From contig CAVXTM010000012.1 in the NCBI GenBank assembly GCA_963764725.1, positions 96,001-160,000 of the forward strand: 64,000 bases of DNA. The letters are read 5' to 3'. Source of the DNA: an uncultured Gammaproteobacteria bacterium (lineage in GTDB: Bacteria > Pseudomonadota > Gammaproteobacteria > JACCXJ01). Below, piece by piece: positions 42,295 through 51,953 of this stretch (its first letter is position 1; each line of letters starts with the position of its first letter). A program made the position numbers and the translations under genes. The notes under the pieces were generated by a model, which saw nothing but the letters and a program-made list of their open reading frames with translations, did no database searches and had not been told where the DNA came from.

Positions 42295-43506
42295 GTGCGT
42301 AGCGACGTGCTCCCGATCCACAACGTTTCCGGCCCCGGATCACTTCCGCCTAGTCTCGAGGCCGCGGCCTACAGCGCGCGGCTGATCGAGGCGATACGCG
42401 AGGAATTGGCCGTATCCGGTGGGAGCATGAGCTTCGCGCGCTACATGGAGCTCGCGCTCTACGCCCCCGGTCTCGGGTACTACAGCGCGGGTAGCGTGAA
42501 ACTCGGTTCGAGCGGTGATTTCGTCACCGCCCCGGAGATCTCCCCACTGTTCGGGCGTTGCCTCGCGCGGCCGTGCCGCGAGGTCCTCGCGCGGCTCGGC
42601 GGCGGCGCCATCTGCGAGATCGGCGCGGGCACGGGCCGGCTCGCCGTCGAGATCCTGACCGAGCTCGAACGCCGGGGTAGCTTGCCGGAAGCTTACTTTA
42701 TTCTTGAGGTCAGCGCGGATTTGCGCGCGCGCCAACAGGAGTGGATAGAAAGCGCCGTGCCGCATTTGGCCTCAAGGGTCGCATGGCTAGAGCGGCCGCC
42801 CAGCGAGCCTTGGCGCGGGATCATGATCGCTAACGAGGTGCTCGACGCGCTGCCCGTGCACCGCTTTCGCATCGTCGGCGGGAATGCTTACGAACAACAC
42901 GTGGGGTGGCAGGGCGATAGCTTCACATGGGCCGAGGAGGTCTCCGCCGAACCGCGCCTCCGAGCACAGATCGAGGCGATCCAAAGCGCATTGGGCTCCC
43001 CGCTTCCGGAGGGCTATGTCTCCGAGATCAATCTTGCCTTACCGCCGTGGTTAGAGACAGTAACGGAATTTCTAACCCGCGGAATATGCCTCTGCATCGA
43101 TTATGGTTATACGCGCCGCGAGTACTACCTGCCCGAACGACGCGAGGGCACGCTGATCTGCCACCACCGCCATCGGGTCCACGCTGATCCGCTGATCCTC
43201 ACCGGACTCCAGGATATCAGTAGCTTTGTCGATTTCACGGCCCTAGCTGAATCCGCGGAAACTTGCGGGCTCGCGGTCTTGGGCTACGCTACCCAGGCCC
43301 ATTTCCTGATCGATAGCGGTCTCGAAGAAGCGCTTACGTCGCTGCAAGCAGCCGACCCGAAGAGATACTTGGAACATACCCAGGAGGCGAAACATCTCAC
43401 CCTGCCTGCGGCGATGGGAGAACGGTTCAAGGTGATGGCCGTAGGAAGGGCGTGGGATGGACCGCTTACAGGTTTCAAGACCTACGATCAGCGGTATCGT
43501 CTGTAG
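42295..43506 (+). CDS. MidA/NDUFAF7-family SAM-dependent methyltransferase
   Basis: ALYAPGLGYY, GDFVTAPEIS, EIGAGTG, ANEVLDALP, IDYG, MGERFKV. Confidence 0.92.
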   Translation: MRSDVLPIHNVSGPGSLPPSLEAAAYSARLIEAIREELAVSGGSMSFARYMELALYAPGLGYYSAGSVKLGSSGDFVTAPEISPLFGRCLARPCREVLARLGGGAICEIGAGTGRLAVEILTELERRGSLPEAYFILEVSADLRARQQEWIESAVPHLASRVAWLERPPSEPWRGIMIANEVLDALPVHRFRIVGGNAYEQHVGWQGDSFTWAEEVSAEPRLRAQIEAIQSALGSPLPEGYVSEINLALPPWLETVTEFLTRGICLCIDYGYTRREYYLPERREGTLICHHRHRVHADPLILTGLQDISSFVDFTALAESAETCGLAVLGYATQAHFLIDSGLEEALTSLQAADPKRYLEHTQEAKHLTLPAAMGERFKVMAVGRAWDGPLTGFKTYDQRYRL

Positions 43507-43707
43507 AGCCAACGCCGCAAAGCTCACGGCATCAAGGAGAAAACGGATGATGTGGGTAAACAAAGCCACCGGTTCAAGATACACTGCTCGCCCGGCACAT
43601 AACCAATGAGTGAATGGATATGCCGAACAATATTTGCGGAAGGCAGGTGGCCAAGCGGCTTCGAAAGCGGCTTAGCCTGGCCAGAATGCCTTGTCTTTCC
43701 CCGACCC

Positions 43708-44856
43708 ATGAAACTTGAGTTTCCGAAGGACGCCGCCGACCTCGCCCAATCCCTCTCCGCCGTGATTCGTGTAGGCGATGACTTGTGGGTCGGGAGCGAC
43801 GAAGGCACCAAAGCGATGTGTTTGCGCCGTGACAAAGGCGACAGGAGCAAGCCGCCGTTTCGCAGAGTCGACGAGATCGATCTCGTGCAGGAGCTGGATC
43901 TGCCCGGCAAAACAGTGGACGAGAAGGGTGGGCTGCCCGAGGTGGATCTCGAAGGAATGGACTGGGATGCACAGGGCGGCTATCTTTGGATGGTCGGTTC
44001 GCACAGCCTGAAGCGAACAGCGGCGAAGTTTGCCACCAAGAAGGGCAGCCCGATCGATGACGCGGAGAACGTTGCGCGGCTCTCGGTGATTTCAACCGAC
44101 GGGAACCGTTTTCTGCTGGGGCGTCTTCCATTGAAGGTGGACGCAAAGGAGCGGTCCACGGTCGTCCAGCGGGGAGCCTATGCGCCGGATCATTTCGGTG
44201 CACGCCTGCCAGGCACGGAGCGCACCAGCGAGCTACTCGATGCATTGCACGCCGATCCGATTCTCAAGCAGTTTCTCATGGCGGGACGTGAACTGCCGGG
44301 GAAAGACAATGGCGTGGACATCGAGGGGCTCGCATGGGACGCTAAGGAGAAGCGGCTGATTGTGGGTTTGCGCGGCCCGGTATTGCGCGGGATGGCCATG
44401 CTGCTGGAGCTGAAGGTTACCGAAGAATTTGCGGGCGCTGATGGCGTCGGCCGTCTGCGGCTCCAGCGGATCGGGGCACATGGTGAGCCTTTCCGGCGGC
44501 ATTTCCTCGATCTGGATGGACTCTCTGTTCGCGATCTTTGTTTCCGCGGCAACGATTTGCTGGTGCTCGCCGGGCCAACGATGCCGATTGATTGGCCGGT
44601 GACAATCTACCGCTGGAAAGAGGCCCGCAACGGTATGGACGGGCGGCAACGTTTTGTCTGGCAGGAAGGCGGCGAGCTCGGCTTGTGGGTCCGGGTGGAA
44701 CTTAAGGATGCCGAGCGTAAACACGATCGCCCGGAAGCGCTCACGCTGTGGAAGAAGAACCAGGCGCTGGTGGTCTGCGACGCGCCTTCGGGGAAGCGCT
44801 TCGACAAGCCGGCGACGGTGGAGATCGACAAAGTCGTGCTCCCGAAAGCGACTTAA
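43708..44856 (+). CDS. DUF3616 family (beta-propeller-like) protein
   Basis: LWVGSDE, DLEG, GSHSLKR, NGVDIEGL, GLRGPVLRG, LVLAGPTM; start uncertain. Confidence 0.8.
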   Translation: MKLEFPKDAADLAQSLSAVIRVGDDLWVGSDEGTKAMCLRRDKGDRSKPPFRRVDEIDLVQELDLPGKTVDEKGGLPEVDLEGMDWDAQGGYLWMVGSHSLKRTAAKFATKKGSPIDDAENVARLSVISTDGNRFLLGRLPLKVDAKERSTVVQRGAYAPDHFGARLPGTERTSELLDALHADPILKQFLMAGRELPGKDNGVDIEGLAWDAKEKRLIVGLRGPVLRGMAMLLELKVTEEFAGADGVGRLRLQRIGAHGEPFRRHFLDLDGLSVRDLCFRGNDLLVLAGPTMPIDWPVTIYRWKEARNGMDGRQRFVWQEGGELGLWVRVELKDAERKHDRPEALTLWKKNQALVVCDAPSGKRFDKPATVEIDKVVLPKAT

Positions 44857-44928
44857 CTGGCGAAATGAGCGCGGCGAAGCCAGCCATACCCGAAGGTTCT
44901 GCGCGTGTTTCCGGCGGGTGCGGCGGCG

Positions 44929-45435
44929 TCAACTAACGACCGGTTCGTCGGGCAGCTCGTTGTGGTTATCCGCGCCTTCGGGGAGCGGGAAGTGCTGAAC
45001 GAGCAAGGCTTGCACTGTGCCGATCGCCTCGTTGAGCCCGGCCTCGAAACGCCTGGCCTTGAAGGCCCAGGACATGTCGGCCACGAGCCTTTGCCAATGG
45101 CCTTTCGGCACGCGGTGCGCGAACCCGCGGTCGGCCACGATCTCGATCGCATGCTCGGCGAGGAGCAGGTAGATCAGCACGCCGTTGTTGTGTTCGGTGT
45201 CCCACACCCTCAACTTGCCGAACATCGCCACCGCACGCTCGCGCGCGGTGGCGTTGCGCCACAGGTACGACAGCGGCAGGCCTGCCTCGATGCACAAGCG
45301 GATCTCGCCGCTGTGGCCGCATTCACTGTCTCTCACGCGGGCATGCAAACGTTCGAGCGCGCCCTTGCCCAACGCGCGGCGCGCGTCGCTCTGATCGAGG
45401 AAACGATGCTTCAACAGCCGCAACCAGCGGGTCAT
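44929..45435 (-). CDS. TPM domain protein (DUF477)
   Basis: SGEIRLCIE, WDTEHNNGVLIYL, VADRG, NELPD. Confidence 0.9.
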   Translation of the reverse strand: MTRWLRLLKHRFLDQSDARRALGKGALERLHARVRDSECGHSGEIRLCIEAGLPLSYLWRNATARERAVAMFGKLRVWDTEHNNGVLIYLLLAEHAIEIVADRGFAHRVPKGHWQRLVADMSWAFKARRFEAGLNEAIGTVQALLVQHFPLPEGADNHNELPDEPVVS

Positions 45436-45451
45436 GTGCGTTCCCGTGCTT

Positions 45452-46336
45452 TCACCAGTCGCCCGACGCGCCGCCGCCGCCGAAGTCGCCACCGCCACCC
45501 GACGGGTAGCCGCCGCCCCCGAAGCCGCCGCCTCCGTCACCACGGCCCCAGATGATCGGTCCGCCGCCCCCGCGTGACAGGCCGCGCCCGGCGCCGAAAC
45601 CGAACACGCCGACCAGCAACAGCGCGATCAGTCCCACCAAGCCGGCCAGCAGCAGACTCTCGCTGAACCACCAGCCAAAAGCCGACGCGGCGCCGCCGGT
45701 GGCGACCGCGCCGAGCTTGCGACCCAGCATGCCGGTCAGCACCGCGCCAAGAATCGGTACCGCGACGAAGAAGAAGATCACCATCTCGTCGAGCTGCAAG
45801 CCGGGCCGCGCCTTCGCTTGATTGTGTTGCGCGGGTGCAGTCAGGGCTTCGCCGCGGATGCGCGCGAAGAGCTGGTCGACCGCCTGGTTCAGGCCGCCGG
45901 CAAAGTCGCCGGCGCGGAACGCCGGCCTGATCGCGCTGTCGATGACCTGCTTGGCGACGATGTCCGGGATCGCGCCTTCGAGCGTCTTGGTCGGCGCGAT
46001 GCGCACGCGCCGATCGTCCTTCGCGACGACGATCAAAAGGCCGTCGCCGACGTCGCGGCGGCCGATCTTCCACGCGTCGCCGAGGCGCTGCGTGTAGTCG
46101 GTGATGTCTTCGGGCTTCGTGCTCGCGACGATCACGATCACGAGCTGCGAGCCGACCTCGCGCTCGAAGGTCGCGAGCTTGTCTTCGAACGCGCTGCGCT
46201 GCGCCTCGCTCAAGGTGCCGGTCTGGTCGATGACGCGCGCGGTGAGTTGCGGCACTGGCTGCTCCTGCGCGCGCAGCGGCGTCGCTAGCAGCGCGGCGAG
46301 CGCCAGCCAGCACGCGCGCCCGCAAAAGCGCATCAC
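45452..46336 (-). CDS. TPM domain protein (YgcG-like) with Gly-rich tail
   Basis: VIDQTGTL, WKIGR, LEGAIPD, GGGDFGGGGASGDW. Confidence 0.92.
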   Translation of the reverse strand: MMRFCGRACWLALAALLATPLRAQEQPVPQLTARVIDQTGTLSEAQRSAFEDKLATFEREVGSQLVIVIVASTKPEDITDYTQRLGDAWKIGRRDVGDGLLIVVAKDDRRVRIAPTKTLEGAIPDIVAKQVIDSAIRPAFRAGDFAGGLNQAVDQLFARIRGEALTAPAQHNQAKARPGLQLDEMVIFFFVAVPILGAVLTGMLGRKLGAVATGGAASAFGWWFSESLLLAGLVGLIALLLVGVFGFGAGRGLSRGGGGPIIWGRGDGGGGFGGGGYPSGGGGDFGGGGASGDW

Positions 46337-46941
46337 TTCGATGCGGGCCTGTCGAAGCTCACCTTGGGTGGCGTCGAGATCGCGGCCTCATCCAGCACGG
46401 TGAAGCTCGGCTTGACGTCGTAGTTGAACAGCATCGCGGTGAGATTGCTCGGGAAGCTGCGCGCGAGCACGTTGTATTCGGCCACCGTCTTGATGTAGCG
46501 ATTGCGCGCAACGGTGATGCGGTTCTCGGTGCCTTCAAGCTGCACGCGCAGGTCCTGGAATCCCTGGTTGGCTTTCAAGTTCGGGTATGCCTCGGCGACG
46601 GCGAGCAGCCGGCTCAACGCGCCGCTCAATTCGCCTTGCGCCCTCTGGAACTTGCCGAAGGCTTCAGGGTTGTTGATAAGCTCGGGTGCGGCCTGGATGG
46701 CGGTTGCCTTCGCGCGCGCCTCGACCACCTTGGTGAGCGTTTCCTGTTCGAAGCTGGCTTCGCCCTTCACCGTGTTGACGATGTTGGGGATCAGGTCGGC
46801 GCGTCGCTGGTATTGATTGAGCACTTCGGACCACGAAGCCTTGACCTGCTCGTCGAGCCGCTGGAAATCGTTGTATCCGCAACCGGTGAGGCCAAGCGTC
46901 ACCGCCAGCAGGAAGCACCAAGCTATGAATCTACGCTGCAT
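46333..46941 (-). CDS. lemA: LemA family protein
   Basis: GCGYN, QYQRRADLIPN, YPNLKAN, LEGTENRI. Confidence 0.95.
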   Translation of the reverse strand: MQRRFIAWCFLLAVTLGLTGCGYNDFQRLDEQVKASWSEVLNQYQRRADLIPNIVNTVKGEASFEQETLTKVVEARAKATAIQAAPELINNPEAFGKFQRAQGELSGALSRLLAVAEAYPNLKANQGFQDLRVQLEGTENRITVARNRYIKTVAEYNVLARSFPSNLTAMLFNYDVKPSFTVLDEAAISTPPKVSFDRPASK

Positions 46942-47056
46942 AGGGTAGCTTTCGTCGCGCGAATTCAGCCGTGCGAATGTACGACATCGCCGTGCTGTTT
47001 GCTACTGCATAAACAACCGCCCAAGTTCGCCGAAGATAGCTGGCGTGCCTCGGTGC

Positions 47057-47245
47057 TCACGCCTCATACTCTTGAGCCGCGTCGAGGCGCACGGTGCCGT
47101 CATCCCCGAAGGCGAGCGCAATGAGGTTAGGCCGGCAGCAGACCGCGCAGTCCTCAGTGAAGGTCTGGCAGCGTCCCCCGCTCGGGTCCACCAAAACGTC
47201 GTTGTCCTCGCCGCAGAACGCGCAACTGTACGTCACGATCGTCAT
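47057..47245 (-). CDS. CPXCG-motif cysteine-rich small protein
   Basis: CAFCGE...EDCAVCCRPN. Confidence 0.8.
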   Translation of the reverse strand: MTIVTYSCAFCGEDNDVLVDPSGGRCQTFTEDCAVCCRPNLIALAFGDDGTVRLDAAQEYEA

Positions 47246-47357
47246 TCTACACGCTATCATGTCCTGCAAGGAGGCAGGTGATGGCCCGGCTGAATCCGGG
47301 CCGCGCTATGGATAGGGCAGCAATCCGCGGGACAGCGGACACGTAACCGCAGAATGC

Positions 47358-48380
47358 TTATAGAAGCGGCGAGCTCGCCAAATCGTCTTTCGAGTACTGC
47401 AATTGTCCGCATCGTGCACTTAATTCGTCGAAAAAGTGACCTACGGTTTCAAGCTGTGCTTCGACCGTTTCCAGTGTGTTCATGCGAGCGCGGAAGGCGG
47501 CGCAGCCGGCCAAACCCTTGGTGTACCAGGAGATGTGCTTGCGCGCCACACGCACGCCGGTGAAGGTTCCGTAAAACGAATACAGATCATCGAGGTGGCC
47601 GAGCAGTACGCGATGGATTTCCTCAACCTGCGGCGGCGGCAGCTCTGTGCCGGTCTTAAGATAGTGCTCGATCTCGCGGAAAATCCATGGACGGCCCTGC
47701 GCCGCGCGGCCGATCATCACCGCATCGGCGCCGGTGTATTCGAGAACGTGTTTCGTTTTCTGCGGCGTGGCGATGTCGCCGTTGGCGATCACGGGAATTT
47801 TCACCGATTGCTTAACCGCCCTGATGGTGTCGTACTCGGCCTCGCCCATGTACATGCAGGTGCGCGTGCGACCATGGATTGCGAGTGACCGAATGCCCGA
47901 TTGCTCAGCAATCCTGGCGACAGTGAGCGCATTCTTATTGTCCTTGTTCCAGCCGGTACGGATCTTCAAGGTGACGGGAACACTCACCGCTTTGACAACG
48001 GCATCGAGAATGCGCGCCACCAGCGCTTCGTTCTGCAGTAGTGCAGAACCGGCGTAGACATTGCAGATTTTCTTGGCCGGGCATCCCATGTTGATATCGA
48101 TGATCTGAGCGCCGCTGTCGACGTTGTACCGCGCGGCTTCGGCAAGCATGCCCGGATCGGCGCCGGCGATCTGGATCACCTTGGGCTCGACCTCGCCTTC
48201 ATGGTTACCGCGGCGGATGGTTTTCTCCGATCCCCATAACAGGGAATTAGACGCGACCATCTCCGAGACCGCCATACCGGCACCCATCAGTTTGCAGAGC
48301 TGACGGAAAGGCCGATCGGTCACGCCCGCCATGGGCGCAACGATCAGATTGCTCTTAAGGCGGATGGAACCGATCTGCAT
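47358..48380 (-). CDS. dusB: tRNA dihydrouridine synthase DusB
   Basis: APMAGVTDRPFR, DINMGCPAKK, HGRTR, MIGRAAQGRPW. Confidence 0.96.
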   Translation of the reverse strand: MQIGSIRLKSNLIVAPMAGVTDRPFRQLCKLMGAGMAVSEMVASNSLLWGSEKTIRRGNHEGEVEPKVIQIAGADPGMLAEAARYNVDSGAQIIDINMGCPAKKICNVYAGSALLQNEALVARILDAVVKAVSVPVTLKIRTGWNKDNKNALTVARIAEQSGIRSLAIHGRTRTCMYMGEAEYDTIRAVKQSVKIPVIANGDIATPQKTKHVLEYTGADAVMIGRAAQGRPWIFREIEHYLKTGTELPPPQVEEIHRVLLGHLDDLYSFYGTFTGVRVARKHISWYTKGLAGCAAFRARMNTLETVEAQLETVGHFFDELSARCGQLQYSKDDLASSPLL

Positions 48381-48434
48381 GGGGTCAAGAAACCCTCCCG
48401 GTAAACAACGTGCGTAGAATGCTCTTGCTCACCA

Positions 48435-49049
48435 TCAATGCGCGCCGGCTTCGTTTCCCCAGATCTCTTGCAGCCGCGCCTCTCGCCCGCAAGCGTAGCG
48501 ATAGTAGCGGTAGCGCAGGGGATTCTTCTTGTAATAGTCCTGGTGATAGTCCTCGGCCGGATAAAAGATCCCGGCGGTGACGATCTGGGTCTGGATCGGG
48601 TTCTTTATTCTTCCGGACTTTTCGATCTCTGCCTTGCTCGCATCGGCCAATTTCTTCTGTGTCTCGTCATGCGTGAAGATCGCGGTACGGTACTGTGGTC
48701 CTTCGTCACAGAACTGGCGGTCCTTGACCGTAGGATCGACGCTACGCCAGTACACGTAAAGCAGCCTCTGGTAACTGACTCTGGCGGGATCGAAAACGAT
48801 CTCCACGGCTTCGGCATGACCGGTGGCGCCGGAGGAGACTTCCTCGTATGTGGGGTCGGGTTTGCTACCACCTATGTAGCCGGAAACGGCCGCGATCACC
48901 CCGGGCACTTTCTCGAAGTCCGATTCGGTGCACCAGAAGCAACCGCCGGCAAACGTGGCCGTGGCCGTGGCTGCCGAACCGGCGCCGGAGAAGCCGGCAC
49001 ACATCGCCACCACGACCGCAGCGGCGGCACGCTTGATTGGCGGGTTCAT
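48435..49049 (-). CDS. msrA: exported MsrA
   Basis: Signal peptide; FAGGCFWC, AEDYHQDYYKKNP, YRYACGR. Confidence 0.93.
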   Translation of the reverse strand: MNPPIKRAAAAVVVAMCAGFSGAGSAATATATFAGGCFWCTESDFEKVPGVIAAVSGYIGGSKPDPTYEEVSSGATGHAEAVEIVFDPARVSYQRLLYVYWRSVDPTVKDRQFCDEGPQYRTAIFTHDETQKKLADASKAEIEKSGRIKNPIQTQIVTAGIFYPAEDYHQDYYKKNPLRYRYYRYACGREARLQEIWGNEAGAH

Positions 49050-49197
49050 ATCAGAGTTTGTGAAAAAACCTACTGCGCTCGGGATCTCGCGTTCCAGCGG
49101 TGCTCGGAATCCTCATGTAATTCAACATACACTCCGGTTCCTGCGCTCCGGCGGAACTCGACCTCCCCTCGCTCGCGACGGTTCTTTCACAAAACTC

Positions 49198-49716
49198 TCA
49201 GGTGCGGAGCTCAGGCAACGGCTCGCCTGCCGCCACGAAGCGCAGCGCCACACCGTTGTTGCAATAGCGCAGACCGGTAGGCGCGGGGCCGTCGTCGAAC
49301 ACATGACCCTGGTGGCCCTCACAGCGGGCGCAGTGGTACTCGGTGCGCGGCCAGATCAGCTTGTAATCGATCCGCGTGGCGACGCGGCCCGGCAGTATAT
49401 CGAAGAAGCTGGGCCAGCCGGTGCCGCTCTCGAACTTGTGCCTGGCGTCGAACAGCGGCAGGTAACAGGCGGCGCAAAGGAACAGGCCCGGACGCTTCTC
49501 GCCGTTGAGCAGGCTGGTGCCGGGTCGCTCTGTGTCTTCCTCGAACAGCACCTGGTATTCCTCGCGGCTGAGGAGTTTTTTCCACTCGTCTTTGGATTTC
49601 ATTAGCTTGCTGACTTTAGGTGGGGACTCGGCGGCAGCGGCCTGCACGGAAGCTATGCCCAATCCCAACGTAGCGCCGACAGCGGCGAGGGTGCGCATAA
49701 AGTTTCGTCTGTTCAT
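49198..49716 (-). CDS. msrB: Tat-exported MsrB
   Basis: NRRNFM twin-arginine signal; KFESGTGWPSF, GHQGHVFDDGP, RYCNN. Confidence 0.93.
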   Translation of the reverse strand: MNRRNFMRTLAAVGATLGLGIASVQAAAAESPPKVSKLMKSKDEWKKLLSREEYQVLFEEDTERPGTSLLNGEKRPGLFLCAACYLPLFDARHKFESGTGWPSFFDILPGRVATRIDYKLIWPRTEYHCARCEGHQGHVFDDGPAPTGLRYCNNGVALRFVAAGEPLPELRT

Positions 49717-49963
49717 GAGCTAACGTTTTTGTTGAAGCTGCCGTTATGGACGCTCGCGCAGGGCCTTTAGTTCCCCCACAATTCATACTATTTAGAGGTC
49801 CTTTACGAAGTATGATACGTCCTTTTTCATAAGCCTCTACTCCGCCGTAAATCGTCGATGTTCGCCTTTGCTCATTCGCTTCGCTCCATCTGCAGACACG
49901 CCGTAGTAGATCGAAGTCTCTCGCTAGCTTTTTGTCCGGGAGGTCGATGAAGCTACACACCCA

Positions 49964-50653
49964 TTAACAACCTTGCCCAACTGTTTGGTGGCCCAAATGA
50001 GGTCTCTTATCGAACTTAAACTCGCTATAATCACCCTTCTTTTTGACATAGTGTAGAAACACCTGGACCTGGCGCTCACCCTCGAAAACCTCTCTCCAAT
50101 GGGGCATCTCAATTCCTTTGTAGATAAGAGCGTCACCTTGTTCAAGCTCGACTCTGGTTACATTGTTGCCGGTCTCGATACAGATCGGCCAAATACCTGG
50201 GCAATCGTAACTGATAGGCAAAGTTACGCTAACCTCACACGAGGGCCTGTCCACGTGCTTGGCAAGCACCGCGCCTTTAACATAGATGCGCAAATAAGAG
50301 TAGGTTGGGTACAACTCGCAATTGATCGTTCTCGATAAAACTGGGGTCATGATATCCAGCAAAGTCTCTGTGATAGCACACCCAGCGGCGGAGAAGGCCT
50401 TTTTGACCTGTCCATCATCGTAATGAAGAGACGAGCTCGCTTCCAACACTTTTACGTTCTCGGATATGTAGGCGCACATAAGTCGAGGTATCCACTGTTT
50501 GAATATTACATATCCGTCTCGTTCAAAGATCTGATCACATCCGATCGCGTTTACCACTGGATTATTTTTACTTTGATCCGCGTAGGCTTGCGAATCGGAA
50601 CGTGTGTTATTCATCTCATCCCCAAGAGTCTTATCGTTCCCGATGGGTGACAT
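49964..50653 (-). CDS. 2OG-Fe(II) oxygenase (prolyl-hydroxylase-like)
   Basis: LYPTYSYLRIY, HVD (HxD), GDALIYKG..PHWRE, QVFLHYV. Confidence 0.8.
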   Translation of the reverse strand: MSPIGNDKTLGDEMNNTRSDSQAYADQSKNNPVVNAIGCDQIFERDGYVIFKQWIPRLMCAYISENVKVLEASSSLHYDDGQVKKAFSAAGCAITETLLDIMTPVLSRTINCELYPTYSYLRIYVKGAVLAKHVDRPSCEVSVTLPISYDCPGIWPICIETGNNVTRVELEQGDALIYKGIEMPHWREVFEGERQVQVFLHYVKKKGDYSEFKFDKRPHLGHQTVGQGC

Positions 50654-50660
50654 TCAAGAT

Positions 50661-51590
50661 TTAAAGACTTTCCAGATCTGTGCGACGAATCTTCCAGCAG
50701 CCATCGTCAACGACTCTTACTTTTTGCTCCTGTACAAGTCGTTCCAGGTACTCTGGCGATAAACCCGAATACTCGGCTGCCTCTTCGAGTGTGAGGTACA
50801 TCTTTTGAAACGGTCGCGGCCGCGGCATACCTAGCGCTTTTACTGCGTCTATCAGCCACTCCATGCCAGGGGAAGTCTCTTCGTTGTCAGGGGGATTATC
50901 TTCGCTGCTTGCAGTTGCTGCTCTAATAAGCCACCCATTGACAGTGAAACGACTATTCACAAATTTGCGTGTGGGACACCGTACCGGCATAACCTCGTGG
51001 TCGTATGAACTGGGAAAGAACAGGAGGGTGTTCTGTCTCGGCATAATTGTCCTAATACGTCTCTTTGCGGAATTCTCCACTTCGCTATCCTCCGAATTAT
51101 GGATTCTGAGTTGGCCCCCGCTAAAAGCCTTGGGTTCAGAATAGAAATAGTGAACATATGAAAGTTCCCGCAGAGGAATATCTAACGGTTCCACAGCACT
51201 GTTGTCACGGTGCACCTTAAAAAAATCACCGTGATTGCTTGCAGTGATCTGAGTATCTATATGCGATATGGGGAATGGTTCTCGCCTGAAAACTCTAAGG
51301 ACGTCAGGAAGAATCTCACGTATGCGATCTTGAATTAGCGTCCCGTATTGTCCGAGATCATACAAGACGCGGGACTTTCGATAGGAAGTGTCGGTTGATG
51401 CTTCCGGCACACCGTCTGGTATTACAGTGCTCGGCGTGAAACCCGTTTCGTGCGTCAACACATACTTCGTTAATCCCCGCAATTCCCTCTGCGTGAGGAA
51501 GTCTCTCTTAACAAACACCTCCAGCGGCTTATTTCCTCCCCTCTCGGAATTTCGCGGTTCAGAGGCTCTGTTTGCAAACCGTCGCGTCAT
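50661..51590 (-). CDS. 2OG-Fe(II) oxygenase (P4H-like) fused to C-terminal excisionase-type HTH
   Basis: FFKVHRD, FSGGQLRI, FFPS..DHEV, SRFTVNGW; then YLTLEEAAEYSGLS....W.IRRTDL. Confidence 0.82.
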   Translation of the reverse strand: MTRRFANRASEPRNSERGGNKPLEVFVKRDFLTQRELRGLTKYVLTHETGFTPSTVIPDGVPEASTDTSYRKSRVLYDLGQYGTLIQDRIREILPDVLRVFRREPFPISHIDTQITASNHGDFFKVHRDNSAVEPLDIPLRELSYVHYFYSEPKAFSGGQLRIHNSEDSEVENSAKRRIRTIMPRQNTLLFFPSSYDHEVMPVRCPTRKFVNSRFTVNGWLIRAATASSEDNPPDNEETSPGMEWLIDAVKALGMPRPRPFQKMYLTLEEAAEYSGLSPEYLERLVQEQKVRVVDDGCWKIRRTDLESL

Positions 51591-51803
51591 AGACGTGGGG
51601 ATCCGTTCCAGCTTAAGGATCGAAGCATATGGGAACTGTTTTTATCTCTCACAGTCATTTTAAGTCAATAACTCAGCCACAGAAAAGCGATTGTCTTTTT
51701 GGTCATTCCCGGGCATTTACAAATTTTATGACTTTCGGGTAAATGGTGATTCCTTCGGCCCGCTATATGAGAGGATGCATGACCAACATTAGGTGCCCCG
51801 ATC

Positions 51804-51918
51804 AAGTCAATATAGCTTTCGCCACGGGGTATGCAACCCCGTGGGGCGACCAAAGGCGAGAGCTGCGCCTCTCCCCTTTGGAAACCCCATCGCTAAGGTT
51901 CCCGCGGCGCGGGGAATA
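51804..51918 (+). repeat. ~110-bp structured intergenic repeat, copy 3 (diverged)
   Basis: AAGTCAATAT..TCGCCACGGGG..CCCCGTGGGGCGA CCAAAGGCGAGAG..CTCTCCCCTTTGG AAACCCCATCGCTAAGGTTCCCGC. Confidence 0.8.
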
Positions 51919-51953
51919 GATTTCAATCTGAGATCAGAAAATGAGATGCTCCG

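Noticed and set aside
49720-49960. RiPP precursor peptide in intergenic gaps of the tailoring cluster (also checked 51600-51800, 58060-58190, 63070-63270)
   Set aside because: No short ORF with an RBS and leader/core character could be supported.
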